DNA from: Candidatus Fervidifonticultor secundus
GTDB lineage: Bacteria > Sysuimicrobiota > Sysuimicrobiia > Sysuimicrobiales > Humicultoraceae
Assembly: GCA_031459385.1 (NCBI GenBank)
Contig: JAVKIP010000019.1
Location: 1 to 59,424, forward strand
Reading direction: 5' to 3'
Length of the DNA stretch: 59,424 nt
Under the pieces are notes generated by a model that searched no databases, was not told where the DNA came from, and saw only the letters and a list, made by a program, of their open reading frames with translations. Below, piece by piece: positions 48,114 to 56,519 of the stretch. The first letter of the stretch is position 1; each line of letters starts with the position of its first letter. Position numbers and translations under genes: made by a program.

Positions 48114-49260
48114 AGCGCTCCACCCCTCCGCGTACGTAGCCTTCTTCATCGCTCAGGGCATCGATGTGCGGCCGAAGCGGCTCCGGCACGAACTGCGGGC
48201 GGGCCCGCACGTACTCCGGGTAGATGGGCAGGCGCGGCACCAGCGTAAACCCCAGCCGCTCAGTCTCGCGGCGCAGTTCGGTGATCTGCGGCCAGGGCGC
48301 TTCCGGGTTGACGTAGTCGATAGTGAGCGGGGAGATGCCGCCCCAGTCGTTGATCCCGGCCAGGAGATAGATGGGATAGTCCCGCCAGGTGAGATTGGGC
48401 GGCACCTGGATGTTGGCCTCCGGCCCCAGCATGAGGCGGGCCACAGCAACCACACGCCGCATGACGTTGACGGTGGGCTCGGCGGCACCGGCCATGGGTG
48501 TACCGGGCTTGGCTCGAAAGTTCTGGATGATGACCTCCTGGATGTGGCCGTACCGCTCGTGCAGGTCCCGGATGACCACGAGGCTATCCACGATCTCCTC
48601 GGGGGTCTCGCCGATCCCGATCAGGAGGCCGGTGGTGAAGGCAATCTGCAGCTGCCCGGCGAGTTCCATCGTCCTCAGGCGCGCCCGGGGGTGCTTGCTG
48701 GGCGCGAACTCATGAGGGCCGCCCGGGCCGCACAGCCGCTCGCTGACGTTCTCCAGCATCAGGCCCATGGAAGCGCTGACCGGCCGCAGGCGCTCCATCT
48801 CCGCCCGCGTCATGTTCCCCGGGTTGACATGGGGCAGCAACGTCGTCTCGTTCAGCACGAGCGCGCACATCTCCCGCAGGTAGTCAAGGGTGGTGTGGTA
48901 CCCTCGCCGGGCCAGCCAGTCCCGCGCCTCCGGGTACCGTTGCTCCGGTCGCTCACCCAGCGTGAAGAGCGCCTCCGTGCAGCCCAGGCGCTCTCCGGCC
49001 TCAGCCACCGCCAGGACCTCTTCTGGCGTCATGTACAGCCGTTCGGCGCCGGGTGGATCCTGGCGGAAGGCGCAGTACCCGCAGACATCCCGGCACAAGC
49101 GCGTCAGCGGGATGAACACTTTTGGCGAGAAGCTGACGCGCCGGCCGCGGCCCCGGTCCCGTACCTCGTTCGCCCGTGCGCAGAGGTCATCGAGGGCGTC
49201 GTCAGAACAGCGGATGAGCCGGTAGGCCTCCCCCACGACGTGCGGCGCCTGGAGCTGCAT
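48103..49260 (-). CDS. cofG: FO synthase subunit CofG (radical SAM)
   Basis: SFSPKVFIPLTRLCRDVCGYC, GCTEALFTLGERPE, LPHVNPG, QEVIIQNFRAKPGT, QVPPNL, DWGGISPLT.DYVNPEAPWP. Confidence 0.95.
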   Translation of the reverse strand: MQLQAPHVVGEAYRLIRCSDDALDDLCARANEVRDRGRGRRVSFSPKVFIPLTRLCRDVCGYCAFRQDPPGAERLYMTPEEVLAVAEAGERLGCTEALFTLGERPEQRYPEARDWLARRGYHTTLDYLREMCALVLNETTLLPHVNPGNMTRAEMERLRPVSASMGLMLENVSERLCGPGGPHEFAPSKHPRARLRTMELAGQLQIAFTTGLLIGIGETPEEIVDSLVVIRDLHERYGHIQEVIIQNFRAKPGTPMAGAAEPTVNVMRRVVAVARLMLGPEANIQVPPNLTWRDYPIYLLAGINDWGGISPLTIDYVNPEAPWPQITELRRETERLGFTLVPRLPIYPEYVRARPQFVPEPLRPHIDALSDEEGYVRGGVERYAA

Positions 49261-49344
49261 GCCTCTGTGGTTTCGCTCGGCGACCTGCAGTTCCTGCGAT
49301 GCAGACTCAATTGGTCCGCGTGGGAGTCAGCATATGTCCTGTCC

Positions 49345-49373
49345 TTGACATGCTCGCTGCCACCGCGTAGTCT
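49345..49373 (+). promoter_or_regulatory. Sigma70 promoter for the hyp-fol-cof operon
   Basis: TTGACA, 17 bp, TAGTCT; about 310 nt upstream of the first start codon. Confidence 0.6.
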
Positions 49374-49689
49374 TCAGCTACGAGCCGAAGAATTTGGAGC
49401 CGTTGACCGTGGTACAACTGCACCGGTTGCCATCGGCAGTGAGGCTTGGCGCGCGACAGAGGCGCGCCCCGCGACAGTGCATCTGTACTCGGCGGAGGCA
49501 GAGCGCGCCTTCGCCGCCCTTCTGATCTGTCAGGCTTCCCGAAGGCATACGGCCTGTCTCCGCCAGCGGTCCGCCCACCCGACATGATGGTCGGGGAGGG
49601 AAGTTGTTATTTGCTGCCGGAGTGAATTCGCCCTTGCCTGCTCCGGCCTGTCTGGCATTGTGCACTACACTCCGAAGGAGGCAACAATC

Positions 49690-50229
49690 GTGAGTCAGGA
49701 CGGACGCCAGATAACGTACGACGCGGTGCTGTATGCGGTCGGGGCCGTGTTCGGCGATCTCTCTCGATCACCGATCGGCGCCCGGTTTGCTCAGGAACTC
49801 CACAAGGAGTTTGGGCGGTACCTGGCGGAGTATCTCCGGACGAAGAACGTTACCTACCAGATCGGCAGCACTCCTGACGAAACGGTGAGGAACGTGCTGA
49901 AGATGTTCCTGGAGCGTCTGGAGTTTGCACAGCTCGAGAAAGCGGAGCCGACTCCCGATCGGGGGACCCACGGCGTATGGAGAGACTTGCTGGGAATGGA
50001 GGCGTACGCAGCGCTCGCGGGCCGCTACGCCGATCCTTTCCTATCATGCCCTCTCAATGCGGTGATCCGCTATGAACTCGACAAGGTTGGCCATACGCTG
50101 AGAGTGCACGGTTGCTCGGCCGATGTGAGTGTTCGGCTGTTGGAGTCGTGGGAGGAAATCACCGAAGGGCGAAACTTCCTGACTGGGACAGCGATCAGCG
50201 CCGCGCAGCCGCCGTCGTCCTCCTCATGA
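49690..50229 (+). CDS. Hypothetical protein (possible V4R/ligand-binding-like fold)
   Basis: AAGGAGG RBS + GTG; helical N-half, SCPLNAVI motif; ATGA-coupled to folP. Confidence 0.7.
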   Translation: MSQDGRQITYDAVLYAVGAVFGDLSRSPIGARFAQELHKEFGRYLAEYLRTKNVTYQIGSTPDETVRNVLKMFLERLEFAQLEKAEPTPDRGTHGVWRDLLGMEAYAALAGRYADPFLSCPLNAVIRYELDKVGHTLRVHGCSADVSVRLLESWEEITEGRNFLTGTAISAAQPPSSSS

Positions 50230-51254
50230 CCGGGGAGATCCCGCCCTTATTCCAAGACGCACGCCGCGCTGCCCCCTGCAGTCCCGAGGAAGGTGCAGAT
50301 GCCGGTTCTGCACACCCGTCCGCCTATCGAGGCTGCCCGGGCTGCCCTCCTGAGGGCGGCCCGGGCCTTCGACTGCACCAGCTCCAAAGCGTAGCGCCAG
50401 TGCCGGCACCGCAGCAGATTCCGGCGCCGCTTTGGATCGGTCGGCTCCTCCTCGAGTTCCGCAGGCGCACCTACATCATGGGCATCCTCAACGTCACCCC
50501 CGACTCGTTCGCCGGTGACGGCGTGATGGATGTGGATGAGGCCGTGGCCAGGGGCCGTGCAATGCTGGCCGACGGCGCCGATTTCCTCGACGTAGGCGGC
50601 GAGTCGACGCGTCCCGGAGCGCGGCCCGTCCCGCTCGAGGAAGAACTGCGGCGGGTCGTGCCGGTGGTCGAACGGCTGGCCGGGGAACTGGGCGCACCCG
50701 TCTCGGTGGACACCAGGAAGGCGGACGTCGCGCGGCGGGCGCTGCGGGCCGGGGCCGGGATGATCAACGATGTCAGCGCTCTGCGCGCCGATCCCGAGAT
50801 GGCTGCGGTCGCGGCCGAGGCGCAGGTGCCGGTCGTGCTTATGCACATGGGGATGTCGGGAACGGGCCAGGGGGCCCCAAATCGCGACATCATCGCTGAG
50901 GTCGGGGAGTTCCTGGCCGAGCGGATCGAGGCCGCGGTCGGCGCAGGAATATTGCGCGATCGCATCCTGATCGATCCCGGCTTTGGGTTTGGGAAGACTG
51001 TCCAGCAAAACCTTGTACTGTTGCGCCGCCTCAGGGATCTGCGGGCGCTGGGACGGCCCGTCGTCATTGGCACGTCCAGGAAGGGAACGATCGGCAGGGT
51101 GCTGGGGGGGCTGCCGGTGGAGGAACGGCTCGAAGCGACGGCCGCGACGGTCGCGGTGGCCATTGCGCACGGCGCCGATATCGTCCGCGTCCACGATGTC
51201 AAGACCATGGTCCGGGTCGCCCGGATGGCCGACGCCATCGTGCGCGATGCATAA
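50226..51254 (+). CDS. folP: Dihydropteroate synthase
   Basis: MGILNVTPDSF, DVGGESTRPG, SVDT, INDVS, IDPGFGFGK, GTSRK, VRVHDV. Start uncertain. Confidence 0.92.
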   Translation: MTGEIPPLFQDARRAAPCSPEEGADAGSAHPSAYRGCPGCPPEGGPGLRLHQLQSVAPVPAPQQIPAPLWIGRLLLEFRRRTYIMGILNVTPDSFAGDGVMDVDEAVARGRAMLADGADFLDVGGESTRPGARPVPLEEELRRVVPVVERLAGELGAPVSVDTRKADVARRALRAGAGMINDVSALRADPEMAAVAAEAQVPVVLMHMGMSGTGQGAPNRDIIAEVGEFLAERIEAAVGAGILRDRILIDPGFGFGKTVQQNLVLLRRLRDLRALGRPVVIGTSRKGTIGRVLGGLPVEERLEATAATVAVAIAHGADIVRVHDVKTMVRVARMADAIVRDA

Positions 51255-51609
51255 GATCCTGTTGCACGGCATGAGGTTCATGGGCTGCCACGGCGTCGAC
51301 CCGGAGGAGCAGATCCGGCCCCAGGCATTCGTGGTCGACCTGGAGGTGGAGGGCGACTTCTCCGAAGCGGCGCTGCAAGATGAGCTTTCGCTCACGGTAG
51401 ACTACCGGGAGCTGTACGCTGTCTGCCGGCACACGGTGGAGGAGGAGCGTTTCCAGCTCCTGGAGGCGCTGAGCGAGGCCATTGCGGCAAAGATCCTGCG
51501 GCTCGCTCGGGTCGATGGAGTGACCGTCCGGGTCAGGAAGCCGCAGGTCCGACTCGGTGGCCCACTTGACGCTGCGGCAGTTGAGATCACCCGCCGGCGG
51601 AAAGGCTGA
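51247..51609 (+). CDS. folB: Dihydroneopterin aldolase
   Basis: GCHGVDPEE, QAFVVDL, TVDY, LLEALSE, VRVRKP. Confidence 0.92.
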   Translation: MHKILLHGMRFMGCHGVDPEEQIRPQAFVVDLEVEGDFSEAALQDELSLTVDYRELYAVCRHTVEEERFQLLEALSEAIAAKILRLARVDGVTVRVRKPQVRLGGPLDAAAVEITRRRKG

Positions 51610-51611
51610 GC

Positions 51612-52100
51612 ATGCCCCGCGCTTACATCAGCCTCGGGTCCAACCTGGGCGACCGCCTGGCCCTGCTGCGCGCAGCCGAGGCGCACCTGAGCAGGACGCC
51701 TGGCATCCAGGTTCGGGCGCGTTCCTCGATCTACGAGACCGAGCCCGTGGGTTTTCCCGACCAGCCCTGGTTCCTGAACCGGGTGCTGCAGATTGAGACC
51801 ACCCTCGACCCGCACGCCCTCCTGGATGCGGTCCAACAGGTCGAAGCGGCGCTTGGACGGACACGTGAGGCCCACTGGGGCCCCCGCACAATCGATATCG
51901 ACCTCTTGCTGTACAATGGCGACATTGTGGTATCGGAACGCCTGAGGATCCCCCACCCGGAACTGCCGCGCCGGCGCTTCGTCCTGAGGCCGCTGGCCGA
52001 GATCGATCCGCAGATGCGCCTGCCTGACGGCCGGGCTGTCGCCGACCTGCTGCGCGCGCTGGGGGACACGCAGAGGGTGCGGCGGATAGACGCGCCATGA
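51612..52100 (+). CDS. folK: 6-hydroxymethyl-7,8-dihydropterin pyrophosphokinase
   Basis: SLGSNLGDR, YETEPVG, WFLN, WGPRTIDIDLL, IPHP, RRFVLRPL. Confidence 0.95.
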   Translation: MPRAYISLGSNLGDRLALLRAAEAHLSRTPGIQVRARSSIYETEPVGFPDQPWFLNRVLQIETTLDPHALLDAVQQVEAALGRTREAHWGPRTIDIDLLLYNGDIVVSERLRIPHPELPRRRFVLRPLAEIDPQMRLPDGRAVADLLRALGDTQRVRRIDAP

Positions 52101-52140
52101 TGCAAAGGATCCGGGTACAGGCGAGGCGAACCGACGTACG

Positions 52141-52842
52141 ATGATCATTATTCCCGCTATCGACATTCACGCGGGCCGCTGTGTCAGGATGACCGAGGGT
52201 GGTGCGCGGCCTGAGACGGTGTACGCCGATGACCCGCTCACGGTGGCGCGGCGATGGTCACGCCAGGGAGCCCGGTGGCTCCACGTCATTGACTGCGACG
52301 GGCTTGCCGTCGGCCGTCCGGTGCAGCTCGCACTGGTGGGAGCGATCGCGGCCGTCGGGGTCCCTGTGCAGGTGGGAGGCGGGTTCCGCACCATGGAGGA
52401 CGTCGAGGCCGGATTCGCCTCGGGGGTGGCGCGCGTGCTCGTGGACTCCGACGCGGTGAACATCGCCGAAGCGGCCAGTCGCCGGTTCGGTGACAAGGTG
52501 GCCGCTCTGCTCGCCGTCCAGAGTGACCGCGTCGTGGCGAGCCACAAGGGAGGGAGGTCGCCTGACCCGATCGGTCTGGGGAAGGTCCTGGTGGCGCGCG
52601 GCATCCGTCGCATCATTTACACTGACCTGGCGCGCGACGGATCGCTCGCGGGCCCTGATCTGCCCTCACTTGAGGCCTTTGTGCGGACCGTAGGCGCGCC
52701 TGTCATTGCGGCTGGGGGCGTGGCCTCCCTGGATGACCTCGTGGCGCTGGAACGGCTCGGCGTGGAGGGCGTGGTCGTCGGCCGTGCGCTTTATGAAGGG
52801 CAGCTGGACTTGCTGGACCTGACAAGTCGACAGGGGGCCTAG
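52141..52842 (+). CDS. Divergent HisA/HisF-family TIM-barrel protein
   Basis: IPAID, LHVIDCDG, QVGGGFR, YTDLARDG, AAGGV, GRALYEG; several HisA motifs altered. Confidence 0.8.
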   Translation: MIIIPAIDIHAGRCVRMTEGGARPETVYADDPLTVARRWSRQGARWLHVIDCDGLAVGRPVQLALVGAIAAVGVPVQVGGGFRTMEDVEAGFASGVARVLVDSDAVNIAEAASRRFGDKVAALLAVQSDRVVASHKGGRSPDPIGLGKVLVARGIRRIIYTDLARDGSLAGPDLPSLEAFVRTVGAPVIAAGGVASLDDLVALERLGVEGVVVGRALYEGQLDLLDLTSRQGA

Positions 52843-52893
52843 AGAACCTACACAAGCGGAGACGAGGAACCCCCATCGGGGCCCTTGGACGCC

Positions 52894-53838
52894 ATGAGTA
52901 CCCATCTCTTGGTCCTGGCCGGCGGCGTCGGTGGTGCCAAGCTGGCTCTCGGCTTGACCCGCCTCTTCCCGCCGCCGGTGTTGACGATCGTCGTCAACAC
53001 CGGCGACGATGAGGTGTTCCACGGGCTCTACGTCTGTCCGGATCTGGACACGGTAATGTACACGCTGGCGGGCGTGGTCAACGAGGAAACCGGCTGGGGG
53101 GTGCACGGGGATACCTGGCGCGTGATGGAAGCGCTGGATCGTCTTGGCGGGGAGACATGGTTCCGGCTGGGCGACCGGGACCTGGCCACACATCTCCGGC
53201 GCACCGAGTTGCTGCATGCGGGCCTCACGCTGACCGAGGCCACCCGGTATCTGTGCGAGCGGTTTGGTGTACGGCACACTGTCGTCCCCATGAGCGACGA
53301 CCCGGTCCGGACCGTGGTGGAGACCGACATGGGAACCATGTCCTTCCAGGAGTACTTTGTCCGGCATCGTTACGTGCCGAGGGTCCAGCGCCTGCGGTTT
53401 GAGGGTGCAGAGAAGGCACAGCCGTCTCCTGCCTTCATCGACGCCCTGGCCCAGGCGGACGCGCTCATCGTATGCCCCTCCAACCCGCTGCTCAGCATTA
53501 CACCCATTCTCGCTATTCCTGGCGTGAGGGCGCGTCTCGCTGCGGTACCGGGTGTCCGTGTGGCCGTCAGCCCGATCATTGGGGGGCAGGCGGTGAAAGG
53601 CCCGGCGGCCAAACTGCTCGAGGAGGTCACGGGCGAACCCGCCAGCTGCGTGGGCGTTGCGCGCCTTTACGGCGATCTCTGCACCCACGTCGTGATCGAC
53701 CAGCAAGATGAAGAGCGGAGAGCGGCAGTCGAGGCCCTGGGGTATCGCGTGACCGTTGCCCAGACCCTCATGACGTCGGAGGAGGACAAGGTGGCCCTGG
53801 CACGTCTGGTGGGCCGGCTGTGCGGGGCCCTACCCTGA
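52894..53838 (+). CDS. cofD: 2-phospho-L-lactate transferase CofD/FbiA
   Basis: LAGGVGGAKL, VNTGDD, CPDLDTVMYTLAG, WFRLGDRDLATH, FQEYFV, PSNPLLSI, VKGPAAK. Confidence 0.95.
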   Translation: MSTHLLVLAGGVGGAKLALGLTRLFPPPVLTIVVNTGDDEVFHGLYVCPDLDTVMYTLAGVVNEETGWGVHGDTWRVMEALDRLGGETWFRLGDRDLATHLRRTELLHAGLTLTEATRYLCERFGVRHTVVPMSDDPVRTVVETDMGTMSFQEYFVRHRYVPRVQRLRFEGAEKAQPSPAFIDALAQADALIVCPSNPLLSITPILAIPGVRARLAAVPGVRVAVSPIIGGQAVKGPAAKLLEEVTGEPASCVGVARLYGDLCTHVVIDQQDEERRAAVEALGYRVTVAQTLMTSEEDKVALARLVGRLCGALP

Positions 53839-54527
53839 TGCCCGCACGAGTTCGGGCTGTCGTGCCAATCAAGCCGCTGGCGGCCAGCAAGACACGCCTT
53901 GCCCCGCGACTTCCCGAGGACCGCCGTAGCCGTCTTGTCATCGCCATGCTGTGCCATGTCCTGCAGGTCCTGCGCCGTGCTACCTGTATCGCCCAGGTTC
54001 GCGTCCTCGGAGGAGACGACACGGTCAGCACCATATGCCATCGGCTCCAGCTCCCCTGGGAGCCAGATCCTGCGCCAGGTCTCAACCAGTGCCTCCGGCA
54101 CGCCTTCCGGTCCGGCCAGCGGGACGGGTGGAGCGCCACGGTGTTTGTGCCAGCCGATCTGCCGGAACTCGGCCCAGACGACATGGCCCGCCTGGTGGAA
54201 CTCAGCCGAGGGGCTCGCCAGCTGGTCATCGCGCCAGACCGCTTCGAGACGGGGACCAACGCGCTACTGGTCCCCAGCGCCAGCGCCTTTCGGCCCATGC
54301 TGGGCGCACACAGCTTTCGCGCGCACCTAGCCCAGGCCAGAAATCTCCGCCTGCCGATGGAGGTGTGTCACAGCGAGGGGCTGCTCCTGGACGTTGATAC
54401 CCCAAGCGACCTGGATGTGCTCCTTCAACGCCGGCCCGGATGGTGGGACGAGGTCGACCAGACGATTCGCAGGCTGGCGCTGCCTGGCGAACCGGCAGGC
54501 TGGTCGTGGGCGACGGGAACGTCCTGA
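53838..54527 (+). CDS. cofC: 2-phospho-L-lactate/PEP guanylyltransferase CofC/FbiD
   Basis: VPIK..ASKTRL, GLN, PADLP, APDR..GTNAL, SFRAH, DVDTPSDL. Confidence 0.92.
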   Translation: MPARVRAVVPIKPLAASKTRLAPRLPEDRRSRLVIAMLCHVLQVLRRATCIAQVRVLGGDDTVSTICHRLQLPWEPDPAPGLNQCLRHAFRSGQRDGWSATVFVPADLPELGPDDMARLVELSRGARQLVIAPDRFETGTNALLVPSASAFRPMLGAHSFRAHLAQARNLRLPMEVCHSEGLLLDVDTPSDLDVLLQRRPGWWDEVDQTIRRLALPGEPAGWSWATGTS

Positions 54528-54528
54528 G

Positions 54529-55509
54529 ATGGCCCAGACCCCGAGAATCGGAGTTCTCCTGCCCACGCGGGGCGTCCTGCTGCAGGGACAACGTCCACCG
54601 CAGGTCGAGCCTGCGCTCATGGTCGCGCAGCGCGCGGAGGAAGTCGGATGCGACTCGGTGTGGGTGGGCGACAGCCTGATCGCCAAGCCCAGGCTCGAGC
54701 CGCTGTCAACCCTGGCGGCCGTGGCGGCCCGTACGCGTCGGATCAGGTTAGGCACAGCGGTGCTGCTGGCGGCTCTGCGCCACCCGGTGCTCCTGGCCCA
54801 GACCGCAGCCACCGTCGACCTGCTCTCGGGCGGGAGGTTGACGGTGGCTATGGGTGCGGGCGGGACATTCACGCCCGCCCAGCGTCTGGAGTGGCAGGCC
54901 GCAGGTGTGGACCAGCGACGGCGGGCCCGGCGGCTTGAAGAGGTCATCCAGATCGTGCGGCGCCTCTGGGGAGGGGAAACGGTGACCGTACGCACGGAGC
55001 ATTTCGCCCTCGAAGGGATCTCCTTGGGCTTCCGCCCCCATCAGCAACGTGGCATTCCCATCTTGCTGGCATGTCATAGCGGCAAGGCAAGAGATGCGCA
55101 ATGCCGGCGCGCGGCACGCCTGGCGGACGGGATCATCTCCATTACCGATCCCCCCGAGGAGTTTGCCCGGGTGCGTGAACAGACCCTGCGGGAGATGCAG
55201 GCGTTGGGCAGAGATCTGCAGCACTTCACGGCAGTATACTACATGACCGTGAACGTGCAGCACAATCCCGACGCGGCGCGCCGGGAGGCTGTCGCCTGGG
55301 TGACCCGCTACTACGGAGCAGACTACTGGGGGGACCGCTGGGGACCCTATGGTCCGCCCGAGACACTCGCGCAGCGTATCCATCAGTACGCCGCCGCGGG
55401 CGCGACGGAAGTCATCGTCCGCTTCGCCTCCGACGACCCCCTCGGCCAGCTTGACTGTTTTGCCCGCGAAGTCCTCCCGCTGCTGAAGGATCGCGCGCGG
55501 CTGCGGTAG
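54529..55509 (+). CDS. LLM class (luciferase-like), probably F420-dependent oxidoreductase
   Basis: DSVWVGDS, LAAVAARTRRIRLGTAVL, RHPVLLA, DLLSGGRL; last gene of the cof operon. Confidence 0.88.
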   Translation: MAQTPRIGVLLPTRGVLLQGQRPPQVEPALMVAQRAEEVGCDSVWVGDSLIAKPRLEPLSTLAAVAARTRRIRLGTAVLLAALRHPVLLAQTAATVDLLSGGRLTVAMGAGGTFTPAQRLEWQAAGVDQRRRARRLEEVIQIVRRLWGGETVTVRTEHFALEGISLGFRPHQQRGIPILLACHSGKARDAQCRRAARLADGIISITDPPEEFARVREQTLREMQALGRDLQHFTAVYYMTVNVQHNPDAARREAVAWVTRYYGADYWGDRWGPYGPPETLAQRIHQYAAAGATEVIVRFASDDPLGQLDCFAREVLPLLKDRARLR

Positions 55510-55644
55510 CTCACGGACGCGGCTTCTCCGGCCCCGTCCGCAGCCTGACCACAACCGCCCGCGGCGCGGGCACCCGGGAAGGGTTTCCGTCGCCCCCTGC
55601 CAATAACACCGGAAGATCGGACGACGCCTGGGAGGTGAGGAACG

Positions 55645-56475
55645 ATGTGCGCGCCCGTAGTCATGGACGCCGTGCGCCGCGAGATCCGCCGCCGGGAGCT
55701 CCTCCGCCTGGCCGGTGCTGCCACCGTCGCTGCGGCCGCTGCGCGCCTGGTCGGCGCGCCGGAGGTCCTGGCGGCTCCCATGCGGCGGGCCTCACGGGTG
55801 CAGGACCTGACGCACACGCTGAAGCCCACGTTCCCCTCGTTCTCGGGGCAGCCCGCCTTCAAGTCCGACGTGGCGGTCTCGTGGAAGAAAGACGGCTACT
55901 ACGCCCTCAACGTCTCCTACTTCGAGCACATCGGCACCCACATGGACGCGCCGGCGCACTTCGGCGAGAACGCCATGAAGGTGCACGAGCTCCCGGCCGC
56001 CACCCTGGTGGCGCCGGTCGCGGTGGTCCACATCCACGAGCGCGCGGCCCGGGACCCCGACGCGCGCCTGACGGCCGACGACATCCGGGCCTGGGAGCGC
56101 CGCTACGGCCGCCTGCCCCGGGGTGCCGCCGTGTTCATGCACAGCGGCTGGGAGAGTCGGGTGGGCAGCGTGCAGGCCTTCCGGAACCCGGACGCCTCGG
56201 GCGTGATGCACTTCCCCGGGTTCCATCCCGACGCCGTCGAGTTCCTCCTCGAGGAGCGCGACGCGATCGGCATCGGGGTGGACACGTTGAGCCTGGACCA
56301 CGGGCCGTCCAAGGACTTCAAGGTGCACACCACCTGGCTGCCGGCGAACCGGTGGGGCCTGGAGAACCTGGCCAACCTGGCGAAGATCCCGCCGGCCGGC
56401 GCCACGGTGTTCGTAGGCGCCCCGAAGGTCGCGGACGGCTCGGGTGGGCCCACCCGGGTGGTCGCGGTCTGGTAA
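55645..56475 (+). CDS. Cyclase family (kynurenine formamidase-like) metallohydrolase with Tat signal
   Basis: RRELLRL Tat-like motif; EHIGTHMDAPAHF; HFPGF; GVDTLSLD; LENLANL. Confidence 0.88.
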   Translation: MCAPVVMDAVRREIRRRELLRLAGAATVAAAAARLVGAPEVLAAPMRRASRVQDLTHTLKPTFPSFSGQPAFKSDVAVSWKKDGYYALNVSYFEHIGTHMDAPAHFGENAMKVHELPAATLVAPVAVVHIHERAARDPDARLTADDIRAWERRYGRLPRGAAVFMHSGWESRVGSVQAFRNPDASGVMHFPGFHPDAVEFLLEERDAIGIGVDTLSLDHGPSKDFKVHTTWLPANRWGLENLANLAKIPPAGATVFVGAPKVADGSGGPTRVVAVW

Positions 56476-56519
56476 CAGCGACTCGGGCCTGCCCCGTCTG
56501 TGATACGATGGGGGCGACC

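Larger units (their letters stand above)
46783..55510. other. Putative horizontally acquired cofactor-biosynthesis island downstream of tRNA-Thr
   Basis: Visibly more A/T at third codon positions than the flanks; begins right after the tRNA 3' end; no integrase or att repeat seen. Confidence 0.55.

Noticed and set aside
52141..52842. Calling the TIM-barrel gene hisA
   Set aside because: Key HisA motifs are altered and no other his genes are nearby.
55510..55640. attR/direct repeat of the tRNA-Thr 3' end and an integrase for the island
   Set aside because: No copy of the tRNA 3' sequence was seen by eye and there is no recombinase gene, so it is not called a mobile element.
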